Shown: in pieces, positions 6,964-16,794 of the stretch
How the letters are laid out: every line of letters starts with the position of its first letter
How positions within the stretch are numbered: the stretch's first letter is position 1
Translations under genes and position numbers: made by a program
IMG/VR virus record: IMGVR_UViG_3300007734_000743
Location: 1-62,388 of that record
Origin: a virus
Lineage: Duplodnaviria > Caudoviricetes
Reading direction: 5' to 3' (one strand)
Length of the DNA: 62,388 bases
Notes under the pieces: model-generated
The model's input: the letters and a program-made list of their open reading frames with translations, nothing else
Told to the model about the DNA's origin: nothing
Databases searched by the model: none

Positions 6964-7970
6964 ATTTGCATTGGAATGTTTATGGCGGCGGTATAGCCAA
7001 TCAATTAATGTCAATTCAAGTGGGAATTATTTTATCATTTCTTTCAAAAAGAAAATTAATTCTATATCAAAAGTATCCTTTAGCTTTCTCTAACAAAGGT
7101 TTATTTATTAACGATTTGTTTGATTTTAATTTTGATTTTATGAAATCCGACATCAATACCACTTCTTGGTTCCCAGCAGATTTTTCCACATGTTATTATC
7201 ACCTTGATAAACCAAACGAAGATTTTATTTTTGGAAGAGAATGTGTAAATATATCTGATTATCAAGAAAATGATATTGGTAGCTCCACAGCAAATACCTT
7301 AGGATATTATTCTTTTAAGATTTTTTTCAATGATTGTAAAAAAGAAGCTGTTCAATACTTAATGAACAATCTACTACCTAAAGAAAAATATCAATTTTTG
7401 GCCCGTAAAATTTCAAATGAGCTTGGTTGCAAAAACTCAATACATGTAAGAAGAGGAGATTTTTGTCAAATTGAGCATTTTGCAAATAATTACACTGCAT
7501 CTTTCAACACACTAGAAAACACAATCTATAATAATTTTTATCATTATCCTATTTTAGTACATACAAATGAAGAAGATGAGAAATATTTCAAATGTGAAAA
7601 TGAATTGATTTTCATAGACAAAATAATCAAAGAAAAACATAAAGAATTAGATGATGTGGAAGTAAGTTTAATTTCAATGCTGATAGCTATGAGAAGTGAG
7701 AATTTTTTAGGAAGTTTAGGTTCTACATTTACAGGCTTAATACATCAAAATAAAAAATTGAATAACCCAGAAAGTAAATTCAAATATCTTTTTTCTAATT
7801 CATCTGCTCTGAACAGATTCGGAGAAGAAATAAAAGTGAATGGTAAATACACTTGGAATCAGCTTAAACTAAAGCATTGGTCGGAATGTAATTGGCAAAG
7901 AGAATATCCAGAATGTATAGACATTGATACAGAAATCACTAATGCAGAAGAATTAAATTTTAGCATTTAA
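6960..7970 (+). CDS. O-fucosyltransferase-like GT-B glycosyltransferase
   Basis: GGGIANQ, IHVRRGDF and FLGSLGSTFT motifs of the GDP-fucose-binding GT11/23/65/68 clan. Confidence 0.75.
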   Translation: MNLHWNVYGGGIANQLMSIQVGIILSFLSKRKLILYQKYPLAFSNKGLFINDLFDFNFDFMKSDINTTSWFPADFSTCYYHLDKPNEDFIFGRECVNISDYQENDIGSSTANTLGYYSFKIFFNDCKKEAVQYLMNNLLPKEKYQFLARKISNELGCKNSIHVRRGDFCQIEHFANNYTASFNTLENTIYNNFYHYPILVHTNEEDEKYFKCENELIFIDKIIKEKHKELDDVEVSLISMLIAMRSENFLGSLGSTFTGLIHQNKKLNNPESKFKYLFSNSSALNRFGEEIKVNGKYTWNQLKLKHWSECNWQREYPECIDIDTEITNAEELNFSI

Positions 7971-8276
7971 TGAAAAACCAATGATTTTTCGCCCGAATGG
8001 CTTCCACCAAGGTTTATTGTAAATTGCTCTAACATCAGAATATGACCTTGAATAACCCTGACATTCTAAAAACTCTTCTAGCTTTATTAAAGTGTTTGTT
8101 GAAGAATGTGAGCAGACAAAATCCACTGTGGGCTTGGAATTATTCAATCCACACACAATCTTGATTTGGCTGGGAGAATAGCCCACACCTGTCACTACTT
8201 TTAGTATAGAATGTATTTCTTTTTCGTTATAAGTGATTTTTTTAACTGTGTACATTTTCTTGTATTTTTTCCGCAA
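7953..8276 (-). CDS. Hypothetical protein
   Basis: Operonic with upstream minus-strand genes. Confidence 0.55.
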   Translation of the reverse strand: MRKKYKKMYTVKKITYNEKEIHSILKVVTGVGYSPSQIKIVCGLNNSKPTVDFVCSHSSTNTLIKLEEFLECQGYSRSYSDVRAIYNKPWWKPFGRKIIGFSLNAKI

Positions 8277-8406
8277 TCTTTCTTTCTAATTCATCTCTCA
8301 AAGCTTCAGCCTTTCCAATGTAATAAAATGTATCTGGTTTTCTTCTGTAAGCTAAATAGGCAACCACCCCTGTAAAAATTACCGCTAGTGTTAATTTTTT
8401 GCTCAT
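8242..8406 (-). CDS. Small membrane-anchored protein
   Basis: MSKKLTLAVIFTGVVAYLAYRRK; ATG overlaps the stop of the cca gene. Confidence 0.6.
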   Translation of the reverse strand: MSKKLTLAVIFTGVVAYLAYRRKPDTFYYIGKAEALRDELERKIAEKIQENVHS

Positions 8407-10004
8407 GTTGTTTCCTTTTGACTCTCTAACCATTGTAAAGCTCCAGCTCTATCACTGAATAAGCCCATGTTTTGTGCTTTCCAGGCCTCATCAAGCATGA
8501 GCTTGATAGCTGGGCCTTGAATACCCAATACTTGTTGTACATCATTTCCATCAATAAATGATGCAATTCTTTGCATTCTTTTATGAAGCCATGCAAGAGC
8601 TGATTCTCTTGATTCCATAGCTGGATTGTGCTCAAGAATAAGCTTTCTATGCTCCTTTAGAATTTCCCCAATTATTGGACCACCTTTGTTGCCAAGATAA
8701 GGCATAATGTCTCTACCTTGAAGAAGGTCTGGATGTTTGTGCTCGTAAACATTGTATTGTTTAGCCAAATCTGACATCTGCCTAGCCTCTGCTGGAAGCT
8801 CCTTAGGTAATGGTGGCCTTCCAGAGTGGTCGGCTTCAATAAGTAGCTCAAGCATTCTGATGTTTGCAGGATGAATTTTTTCAGCTAAGCTCTTGACAAA
8901 AGCTTCTTGTTTTGGTGTGTTAGAATGATGAATGTGGCTAAGGTGAAATTCTACCAAAGGAACCACTTTATCTATAATGTTTTTGGGAGCACCAATGGAT
9001 TCAAGAAAAGCTCTTGCTTTTGGCCCACCTTGTTCTTCATGTCCATGAGATGTAATTCGGTCTATTCCTTTTTTATTTATTACAGCTGTGGTATCAGGTT
9101 TAGCAAAGTCGTGAGCTAAAGCTGAGTAAATCAATACTTCTCTATCTTCTGGGCTAAGATTTTCTCTTTCAGCTATATTTGCAGCTTCGTTCATTACATG
9201 AGCTGTATGCACATCCACGTCTCCCTCAGGATGATACTCTGGCTCCTGCGGTGTGCCTCTCAGATTGTGTATTTCAGGAAAGTTTTCAGACCATCCAGTG
9301 GTGTAGAGAAAATCAAGAGCTTTTCCAGGCTCTATGCCTTTTGTGACAAGTTTTTTAAACTCCTCGTAAATTCTTTCTTTTGGAAGATGCTTGTATTCTT
9401 CTCTTATAGATTGTGCCAGCTCTGCTGTTTCTGGAGCTATGTCAAAACCAAATCGGGAAGCGAATTGCATTCCTCTAAGCACCCTCAATGGGTCTTCAGA
9501 AAAAGCCTCAGATGTGTGTCTCAGTATTTTATTTTGCAAATCTTGTCTACCATTGTATGGGTCAATTATTTCGCCAGTGATAGGGTTATATGAGATTGCG
9601 TTTATGGTAAAATCTCTTCTAGCTGCGGCTTCCTCAGGTGATAAATCACTTCTCACTTGCACATTAAAGTCTTTGTGGCCCACACCAGATTTTGAATCTA
9701 AGCGAGGTAATGAAAAATCAAAATCTGAGCCATCTTCGCCTACAAACTTAATCACACCAAATGATTGACCCACAAGGTCTGCCTTTCCATACTTAGACAG
9801 AATCTGATTTAGGTCTTCGTAGTTGACATTATATACTTCAAAATCTATGTCTTTAGGTGAAGCTCCAAGTATAGCATCTCTCACTGCTCCTCCAACAATT
9901 AAAGCTCTTCCACCTTTATTATTTATATCAGTTAAAATTGAATAAACATAACCTGGAAGTTTAATTGGGAGCTTTTGTATCTCCTGACTATACTTATACC
10001 ACAC
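8403..10004 (-). CDS. cca: tRNA nucleotidyltransferase (class II CCA-adding family) with HD domain
   Basis: VGGAVRD...KDIDFEV, RRDFTINA, EDPLRVLR, HPEGDVDVHT...HDFAKP. Confidence 0.92.
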   Translation of the reverse strand: MWYKYSQEIQKLPIKLPGYVYSILTDINNKGGRALIVGGAVRDAILGASPKDIDFEVYNVNYEDLNQILSKYGKADLVGQSFGVIKFVGEDGSDFDFSLPRLDSKSGVGHKDFNVQVRSDLSPEEAAARRDFTINAISYNPITGEIIDPYNGRQDLQNKILRHTSEAFSEDPLRVLRGMQFASRFGFDIAPETAELAQSIREEYKHLPKERIYEEFKKLVTKGIEPGKALDFLYTTGWSENFPEIHNLRGTPQEPEYHPEGDVDVHTAHVMNEAANIAERENLSPEDREVLIYSALAHDFAKPDTTAVINKKGIDRITSHGHEEQGGPKARAFLESIGAPKNIIDKVVPLVEFHLSHIHHSNTPKQEAFVKSLAEKIHPANIRMLELLIEADHSGRPPLPKELPAEARQMSDLAKQYNVYEHKHPDLLQGRDIMPYLGNKGGPIIGEILKEHRKLILEHNPAMESRESALAWLHKRMQRIASFIDGNDVQQVLGIQGPAIKLMLDEAWKAQNMGLFSDRAGALQWLESQKETT

Positions 10005-10026
10005 AATCTTAATTTACGAATGAAAA

Positions 10027-10569
10027 TTAATAAAACCTAGAATAAGGATTGCTTTTTTCATTTGACCACCAGTAAGTGCCTTTCATTTCTTGAGTTTCGT
10101 ACTCTGGAAATTTTTTTTCAAAATTGTGTGTAGATGATAAAAGATTTTGCAATATATATCTAAAAACCTGCCAAAAATCATTTTTAAGATTTATATTTAC
10201 AGAACTGATAGATTCTCTAAGGCCTGGAAAATTCACTGTTAAATCAAAAGCCTCTTCAACAATATTTTTGAAATTGTCTGGTAAAAAATTTGAATCAAAA
10301 ATATTTAAGATATTTAGAGATGCATTTTTTGCTGAGGAAAGTAATAAAGAAACATTATTATTTTCTTTAGCAATAGAATAATTATTAGACATGGCTTCAT
10401 AGATTTCTAAAGAAATTTTTTGAATAATATCTGAAATGGATGCTCCGTAAAGAGATGGCTGCATTTTATTAAGCTCTTTGTCGGATTCTATTTTAGCCTG
10501 AAACTCTAAATCATTCCATAGTTTTTGGAAAGCTTCATCTTGATTCTCCTGACTATACTTATACCACAC
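10027..10569 (-). CDS. Hypothetical protein, MWYKYSQE N-terminus
   Basis: GTG start inside the repeat; C-terminal FW.VFRY.L...L shared with 10590..11138. Confidence 0.8.
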   Translation of the reverse strand: MWYKYSQENQDEAFQKLWNDLEFQAKIESDKELNKMQPSLYGASISDIIQKISLEIYEAMSNNYSIAKENNNVSLLLSSAKNASLNILNIFDSNFLPDNFKNIVEEAFDLTVNFPGLRESISSVNINLKNDFWQVFRYILQNLLSSTHNFEKKFPEYETQEMKGTYWWSNEKSNPYSRFY

Positions 10570-10589
10570 AATCTTAATTTACGAATAAA

Positions 10590-11138
10590 TTAGATAGAAT
10601 CCTTAAAATTATTTACATCAAAATCATTAATTAATTCAGGATATTCAAAAACATTATTACCGTTTGTTAATTTTTGCTCAAGAAAATACCTAAAAAATTT
10701 CCAAAAAATTGGTAAACTCTTCAAGTTATTGCCTATGGGCATAAAGTTTGAATTAAAAGAACTTCTATGGTCAATAGGGGCACAATCTAAAATCGCTTCA
10801 TCTATTTTCGAATTTATATCATCTGGTATGTCATATCCCGTTTCTTTAAGAAACATAGCGGCATCTTTAGCAGATTTCCTAGCTGATTCTTTTACTTCAT
10901 CAAAAATTTCAACATCTGAAAAGTTGTATTTTGAAAAGGTGTACTTAGGTGGTTGATAAGAGGATATTATTCTATCTAATACATTTTTCACGTAAATGGC
11001 AATATGCTGAACTATATCTTGTGTGGAATATTTTTCATTTGTTGGGAAAATGTTTTCTTCATAAGGATTAGATTCAATTGCATCAAAATCAATATCTGGA
11101 GTAAAACCGTTATTTTCAACACAATACTTATACCACAC
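10590..11138 (-). CDS. Hypothetical protein, MWYKY N-terminus; distant paralog of 10027..10569
   Basis: S.QDI.Q.I, SAK.A, FW.FFRYFL...L and FEYPE similarity. Confidence 0.8.
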   Translation of the reverse strand: MWYKYCVENNGFTPDIDFDAIESNPYEENIFPTNEKYSTQDIVQHIAIYVKNVLDRIISSYQPPKYTFSKYNFSDVEIFDEVKESARKSAKDAAMFLKETGYDIPDDINSKIDEAILDCAPIDHRSSFNSNFMPIGNNLKSLPIFWKFFRYFLEQKLTNGNNVFEYPELINDFDVNNFKDSI

Positions 11139-11184
11139 AATCTAATTTTAAATGAAATTAGTCTGAAAACCTTTTGGTACAAAT

Positions 11185-12099
11185 TTATTGAGGTTTATAA
11201 TCTTTAAATAAATTTTGAATTTCAGCCACCACTCTTTGATATTCTTCATTACTTATTCTTTTAACAATTTCTTGGAACTTTTGTAAATCTTTCAAAGTTT
11301 TTTCTTTATCGAATGGTTTACGATATCGCTCAGGATATCTTCTATTTTGTGCTTCGTGCCATCTTTCTGACTCTGATAAATAGAAATCAGCATCGCCTTC
11401 AAAATCTCTTATTTTTGCACCATCCACCACATTGTAAAGAGGCCTTTTATTAGGTGAATTATCTTCTGAATATCCAGTTTGAAAAACATTTCCAGAGCCA
11501 AATGGGTCAAAATAGAAAAATATACTTTTAATCACATATGGCATAAAATTTAAAAGCTCTTTTTTATAATCGCCACTTTGCAATTCCCTTCTGTCTTCGG
11601 GAAGCAAAGGCTCATAAAGAACAGCATTTGCGTCCACTTTATAATCAGGGACGGCTAATTTTGGTAATTTTTCTGCATTTGATGGATTCATTTTATAGTA
11701 TAAATCATTATATTCATTAACCACCCTGGCAAAAATTCTTAACTCCATCACTCTTTCAAATGTTTGTATTAACTTGTCAAAATCAGTTCTTGTTGTTTCA
11801 ACAATTTTATCTTTATAGCTCACAGTTGACGTTGATATATCTCCTTTTTTCTTTGGATATTTTTCAATCATATTAGTTTCTGGATTTAAATATACAAATT
11901 TTTCAACACCCTGGCCAACAAGTTTTTTATTTTGAAAAGTTTCATAATCTCTATTATTTGGCCAAACACCTTTGGGAATCTTGTAATTTTCGTGACTTAA
12001 TCCCATTGCTTCAAGGGCATCTTTTACTGGTCCTTTTTGTACTTCGCCTAACATATATTCTGTTGGCTTTTCTGTCTCCTGACTATACTTATACCACAC
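11185..12099 (-). CDS. MWYKYSQE-leader protein, possible divergent protein-kinase-like fold
   Basis: GQGVEKFVY (Gly-loop-like), D....GNV and VVDG (catalytic-loop/DFG-like) in the expected order. Confidence 0.4.
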   Translation of the reverse strand: MWYKYSQETEKPTEYMLGEVQKGPVKDALEAMGLSHENYKIPKGVWPNNRDYETFQNKKLVGQGVEKFVYLNPETNMIEKYPKKKGDISTSTVSYKDKIVETTRTDFDKLIQTFERVMELRIFARVVNEYNDLYYKMNPSNAEKLPKLAVPDYKVDANAVLYEPLLPEDRRELQSGDYKKELLNFMPYVIKSIFFYFDPFGSGNVFQTGYSEDNSPNKRPLYNVVDGAKIRDFEGDADFYLSESERWHEAQNRRYPERYRKPFDKEKTLKDLQKFQEIVKRISNEEYQRVVAEIQNLFKDYKPQ

Positions 12100-12167
12100 A
12101 ATCTTAATTTAAATGAAATTAGTCTGAAAACCTTTTGAAAATATCGGGCCAAAAACGTATATTAAGT

Positions 12168-12437
12168 ATGGAGTATACAATTCAAGTGGCTAAAAGTAAA
12201 TTTTCTAAGGAAAATAATGCCATGAAAACTAGGCGAATTGAGCTTAAACTAAACACAATTCTGCTTTGGCTTGGAAGACATGTGGTATATGATTATTATT
12301 TGAATTCAGAATGGTTTGGCGGCTATGCCACTGATACAGATTATGTGTTTTGGTTTAAGCTTGAAAAAGACAGAAACAATGCTGAATTATTCTTAGATGA
12401 GATTATGGAAAATGGTATTCCAAAAATGAGGATTTGA
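12168..12437 (+). CDS. Hypothetical protein
   Basis: CGTATA-N6-ATG start. Confidence 0.7.
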   Translation: MEYTIQVAKSKFSKENNAMKTRRIELKLNTILLWLGRHVVYDYYLNSEWFGGYATDTDYVFWFKLEKDRNNAELFLDEIMENGIPKMRI

Positions 12438-12898
12438 TGATTCATAAATTAAACGAGCAAGTGCATGAATTTTACAATAATAAATATCTAAGAAATAGAT
12501 ATCCATCTTTGTCATATGTTGCCTCACATCGCTTTTCCAATGGTGATTCGCCAGATTTAGCCGCTGTAGCTCTTGGCTATAAACCTGCGGCTTTGTGGCA
12601 TGAAAATTGGACAGATGCAAATTCTGATTACATCACTTCATGTTGCTATAGAGGTAATGAATTATTGTATTTGGACACTTATACTGTAGTAGTTTGCGAG
12701 AAAAAAGATTTCGATAAGTTTAAGGCTATATTTAATAAGCCAAATACATCCAGAGAGTGGGGCGAGCTTTTAGGCTACCCAAAACATCTCATTGATTTGT
12801 TTGTGGAATGTAGTGAAGGAAGAGAAATTCCAGATTGGGACACTTACCATGCTAAAGCTGAAGAAATGGCTCTCAGATTGTGTATGGAAATGGATTAG
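12434..12898 (+). CDS. Hypothetical protein (G.KPA...WGELLGYP)
   Basis: Operonic ORF. Confidence 0.75.
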   Translation: MMIHKLNEQVHEFYNNKYLRNRYPSLSYVASHRFSNGDSPDLAAVALGYKPAALWHENWTDANSDYITSCCYRGNELLYLDTYTVVVCEKKDFDKFKAIFNKPNTSREWGELLGYPKHLIDLFVECSEGREIPDWDTYHAKAEEMALRLCMEMD

Positions 12899-12912
12899 CT
12901 CACTAACTAATA

Positions 12913-13728
12913 TCAATTTTCTTCTTCTTGGTCTTCAATTAGCGGGTCAAAATACTGTTGATATCTAGGCTCTTTTATTTGTCTTGGGCCTGTTCTCATA
13001 TCAAATCCTGGATTATAATTTTTAAACCAAGGTGAAAGTTGTCTTTCGTCATAAAAACTTTTATCAGATAAATACTTTTCTGAGTCAGCAAATGGGTCTA
13101 TTTGTGTTGGTTTATTTTCAATTAGGTCTCTTCCAAGCTCAATCATTTTATTAGCGTAATATATTACATATTCCGCCACAGGTATTGTTTGTTCAAATTC
13201 TACTTTACGGTCACTACTTAAAAAGACGGGATTTCTTAGTGTCTCTTTTAAATCTTTAATTACTTCTATGCAAAATTTAATCAAATAATTACAAGCTTCC
13301 TCAAAGTATTGCAATTTATTACCTAACTCGCCATACTGTCCTTGCGGCAAAAAAACTGTACTTGCGACATAATCTAGTAAATCCCGAAACCTAGATTGTA
13401 TGGCATTTAAAATTGGCATGGTAAAATTCCCATCTGGGTCATTATAATCAAAAATTCTTTTTCCTTTTTTTAAATTTTCTTGAAAATGAATTGGGTCATT
13501 TCCAAATTTATATCTTTCGGTTTCAAGCAATTCCACTTTATTGATTAGGAGTTTAAAAATGGTGTCAAACAAAGATTTGTAATGTTTTTTGAATTCTTTT
13601 TCATTTGAATTTTCATTAGCTAATTTCAAAAGAATTAAATCCATTTGTTTAGCTTCTTTAGTGAAACCAGTATAATCAAGCTCTGTAGCAATTGAAGCGA
13701 TTTTAATAAGTAGATTTTTCATTTTCAA
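12913..13728 (-). CDS. Hypothetical protein with shared N-terminal module
   Basis: IASIATELDYTGFTKEAKQMDLILLKLA, as in 6025..6690. Confidence 0.8.
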   Translation of the reverse strand: MKMKNLLIKIASIATELDYTGFTKEAKQMDLILLKLANENSNEKEFKKHYKSLFDTIFKLLINKVELLETERYKFGNDPIHFQENLKKGKRIFDYNDPDGNFTMPILNAIQSRFRDLLDYVASTVFLPQGQYGELGNKLQYFEEACNYLIKFCIEVIKDLKETLRNPVFLSSDRKVEFEQTIPVAEYVIYYANKMIELGRDLIENKPTQIDPFADSEKYLSDKSFYDERQLSPWFKNYNPGFDMRTGPRQIKEPRYQQYFDPLIEDQEEEN

Positions 13729-14312
13729 TTCCTAATATTTTTTACCACTTGGTTCCAATCCATAATTTCTAAAATTGCGTCAATGTATCCTTCGCGGTCT
13801 GTTCCAAAATCAGCAAAGTAGGCATGCTCGTACATGTCTATAGCTGCAATAAGCTCACAATTCCACATAGGAAATGTGTTCTGTGTATCTCCAATTACAT
13901 TGATAATCATTTCGTGGTCATAGCAATAACCGACAAATGCCCATCCTCTGGCTGCAAGAGCTGTGGCTTTTAAATCATTGATGTAATTTGAAAATGTATC
14001 ATAATTGGCCTTGATTAAAGCTAAAAATTCTTTGGTGGGTTCGCCGTTTCCATTAAGATGATTAAAAAACACTTTATGATTAAGAAAACCTCCATAAGCA
14101 AAAGATTCAGCCATTTTTTGGTTTCTTACATCTGAAAATGTGGCGTTTACATTTTTAAGATTTTTTCTTTGATTGAGTGCCTCTACAGCTTTGTTGTTAT
14201 TTTTAGCATAGCCTTGCCAAAGCTTCAAATGCTCTTCATTAGTTTTTTTAGAAATACCCACTTTTTCTAATTTATTTTTAGGCAGTTCTTTTGGAATCTC
14301 TAACTTTACCAC
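13725..14312 (-). CDS. sod: Fe/Mn superoxide dismutase
   Basis: EH..L..GY, GGFLNH..FF, GWAFVGY and DMYEHAY metal-ligand motifs. Confidence 0.9.
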   Translation of the reverse strand: MVKLEIPKELPKNKLEKVGISKKTNEEHLKLWQGYAKNNNKAVEALNQRKNLKNVNATFSDVRNQKMAESFAYGGFLNHKVFFNHLNGNGEPTKEFLALIKANYDTFSNYINDLKATALAARGWAFVGYCYDHEMIINVIGDTQNTFPMWNCELIAAIDMYEHAYFADFGTDREGYIDAILEIMDWNQVVKNIRN

Positions 14313-14360
14313 AATCTATTTTTAAAGGTAGAAGGTACTTTTACCTTTAAATAAGATTAT

Positions 14361-15527
14361 GTGGATGTATACAATCTGATACTTGACAGAGGCTATATCG
14401 GAGCCCTGGAATATGCAAGCAAAATTGAAAACAAGAATTATCGCCTTGCATCAGAAATAGACCAGATTGTGTGTGAGTTGTATAAAACAGCTAGCGGAGT
14501 TTCTAAAAACATAAAAACTGCTCAATCTGCCATGCCTCGATTTGAAACATACCGAGCTCCTGAGAGACCCACCGTCACAAGAACTGCACCATCTCAACCA
14601 GCATCATCTACAGATTTTGAAGGCAGACCTGAGGGCATGCCTGAATCTAAATCAGCTTTGTATGGAATGGGTTATGGAGCAAGTTTGTATGGAAAATTAA
14701 AACAAGCTGTTCCTCCTTCAGCTTGGCCAAAAATCTTGGAAATGATAAAAGGGATTTCACAATCTGGAAAAATTTCAGCAGATGAACTGCAAGTAATTTC
14801 AAATTTGATGCATACAGTACAAGATGCTTCTACAATAGAATTTTTGGCTAGCAAGATTGGCTTAGACGCAGCACAAACAGTTAAAGTAATGGAAACACTT
14901 AAACAAGGAAAAACTGCGGCTGAAATAGAAGCTCTCATTAAAGGTTTCAATTTGTCTACAAAGTCTACTGGAAAGCTTTCAAAACTCACTGAAATCCTTT
15001 TGAAAGCCACTGAAAAAGCCGGATTTTTAGAACCAGTAGTGAAATTTATTAAAGGTGCTTCCCGTTTTTTAGGCCCTTTAGCTATAGCTTTTGATACTTA
15101 TGATATTTTTACTGATTATGAAAGAGAAGGTATGAGTAATCGTGTAATTTGTAAAATTACTTCTGCAATTTTGGGTTTAAGTTCTTTATTGACCGCAGCT
15201 ATGCCAGCTGCATCTGCTATACTAGGTGCACTTTGGCTAGCTGCTTCATTAGGCTGTGGTTTGATTCCGCCAAAGAAAAATGAACAGGCAAAAAATAGTT
15301 ATCAATCTCTCTCACAATCTCAAATTAATCAAGCAGAAGCCACTGTTCAAAAAAACAACTTGTCTTCTAATGACCAAAAATTAATAGACGGATTGTTTTC
15401 TGGAGACAAGAATAGAGCAGAAATAATTAATAGTGTAAGAAACCTTAAAAACAATAAGCAATTTGAAAATCCAGTGGATTCTTTGGCTTTCATTCAGAAA
15501 CAATTGAAACAAATTAAAGCAGATTAA
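14361..15527 (+). CDS. Hypothetical protein with C-terminal hydrophobic helices (possible ejected/membrane-active virion protein)
   Basis: Ala/Gly-rich TM hairpin at about aa 235-300; N-terminal ..LASEIDQ..KTA motif; SigH-type promoter. Confidence 0.7.
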   Translation: MDVYNLILDRGYIGALEYASKIENKNYRLASEIDQIVCELYKTASGVSKNIKTAQSAMPRFETYRAPERPTVTRTAPSQPASSTDFEGRPEGMPESKSALYGMGYGASLYGKLKQAVPPSAWPKILEMIKGISQSGKISADELQVISNLMHTVQDASTIEFLASKIGLDAAQTVKVMETLKQGKTAAEIEALIKGFNLSTKSTGKLSKLTEILLKATEKAGFLEPVVKFIKGASRFLGPLAIAFDTYDIFTDYEREGMSNRVICKITSAILGLSSLLTAAMPAASAILGALWLAASLGCGLIPPKKNEQAKNSYQSLSQSQINQAEATVQKNNLSSNDQKLIDGLFSGDKNRAEIINSVRNLKNNKQFENPVDSLAFIQKQLKQIKAD

Positions 15528-15534
15528 ATACATC

Positions 15535-15588
15535 TGACACTTAAAACTAAACATTTTAAAAAAAAATTAAATGTTTTTTTAAGTGTCA
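15535..15588. terminator. Long AT-rich hairpin between convergent genes
   Basis: TGACACTTAAAA...TTTTAAGTGTCA. Confidence 0.6.
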
Positions 15589-15945
15589 GTTTAATGTAAG
15601 AAGATATTTCAACTTATTGAGCAAGCCTGTCATTTCATCTCTTATGTTGAGCAGGTCAGTATCTCTTTCGTCTAAAGCTTGCGGTAAATCTTGAGAAAGC
15701 ACATCAATAAATGCATCAATAACATTTACTTTATTATCTGCAAGGTTCATTAGTGAAATATTAAATTTATCTTTAGCTACAGGTCTCTCATTTTTCCCGA
15801 TATAAATTTCCATAAATTCATCAATTAAACCATCTAACTCAGAATAAGTGTCTCCAAACGCATTGTGCTCGGCAAAACTTTTAGTTTGCCAATGATAAAT
15901 TCTAAGTTGATTTTGTAATGTCAAAAATAATTCAACTAGGTTCAT
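15586..15945 (-). CDS. Ferritin/Dps-like four-helix protein (DUF5856-like)
   Basis: YHWQT.SFAEH.A....Y..L...ID.F.E; C-terminal LLNIRDEM...NKLKYLL. Confidence 0.85.
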   Translation of the reverse strand: MNLVELFLTLQNQLRIYHWQTKSFAEHNAFGDTYSELDGLIDEFMEIYIGKNERPVAKDKFNISLMNLADNKVNVIDAFIDVLSQDLPQALDERDTDLLNIRDEMTGLLNKLKYLLTLN

Positions 15946-16042
15946 AATACATTTTTATAATTAAAATCAAAGTTTACCTTTTATTTAGTATATTTTTAGA
16001 TTGCAGGTAGGTCATGAGAATAAAAAAACAAAATAATAAAAT

Positions 16043-16777
16043 GTGACAGCAATATATATGATTAAGTGCTCAAGTGGGCAATTTTACGTAGGCCAAACAA
16101 TAAATATTAAAAAAAGATGGAAGCGACATTTGCAAGAATTAAAGTATGGCTATCATCATAATAAACATTTACAAAATATTTTTAATAAGCATGGTTTAAA
16201 TTATTTAGAGTTTATTATAGTTGCAGAATGTAATATAGAAGAGCTTGATATTTTAGAACAAAAATACTTAGACGAGTACTTAGAAAATCCTCTTTGTCTT
16301 AATATTTCAAAAGATTCGACATCGCCAACTAGAGGAAGAAAAATGTCGGCTGAATCATCTCAGAAGAAATCAGATTGGCAAAAAGCTAACAGAACACCAG
16401 AATATTATAAAAAGCTAGGAGAAAAACTCAAAGGCATATCAAGAACTGAAGAAGATAAACAAAAAATGAGAAAACCAAAATCTGAAGAAACTAAGAAAAA
16501 AATGAGTGAATATGGAAAAAATCGCTCTGAGCAACATCGAAAAAAAATTTCTGAAAATATGTTAGGAGAAAAAAATCCTAATTTTGGGAAAAGATTAGGG
16601 AAAAAAACTGAATTTAAACCTAAGGCATTTAAAGTAATGTCTCCTGAAGGAATAATATATGAAGGTATTAATTTAACAGCTTTTGCCAAAGAGCATAACT
16701 TGAATCAATCAAGTATAATAAACGTAAATAATCGAAAAGCAAAAAGTCATAAAGGCTGGACTAAACCAAAAGATTAG
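16043..16777 (+). CDS. Free-standing GIY-YIG homing endonuclease with NUMOD3-type repeats
   Basis: AIY...FYVGQT....RWKRH...L; SEETKKKMS repeats; GEKNPNFGK. Confidence 0.9.
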   Translation: MTAIYMIKCSSGQFYVGQTINIKKRWKRHLQELKYGYHHNKHLQNIFNKHGLNYLEFIIVAECNIEELDILEQKYLDEYLENPLCLNISKDSTSPTRGRKMSAESSQKKSDWQKANRTPEYYKKLGEKLKGISRTEEDKQKMRKPKSEETKKKMSEYGKNRSEQHRKKISENMLGEKNPNFGKRLGKKTEFKPKAFKVMSPEGIIYEGINLTAFAKEHNLNQSSIINVNNRKAKSHKGWTKPKD

Positions 16778-16787
16778 TCCAGCCTTT
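16751..16787. terminator. Perfect 14-bp hairpin at convergent gene ends
   Basis: AAAGGCTGGACTAA-N9-TTAGTCCAGCCTTT. Confidence 0.7.
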
Positions 16788-16794
16788 AAATAAA

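Larger units (their letters stand above)
9980..12137 (-). repeat. Four copies of a promoter plus first-codons module (about 9980-10021, 10545-10586, 11124-11176, 12075-12137)
   Basis: TCTCCTGACTATACTTATACCACACAATCTTAATTTA is identical in 3 copies; AAATGAAATTAGTCTGAAAACCTTTTG is shared by copies 3 and 4; encodes MWYKY(SQE). Confidence 0.95.

Noticed and set aside
16043-16777. Group I intron around the GIY-YIG gene
   Set aside because: It sits between two unrelated intact genes with its own promoter and terminal hairpin; no split exon or intron core is visible
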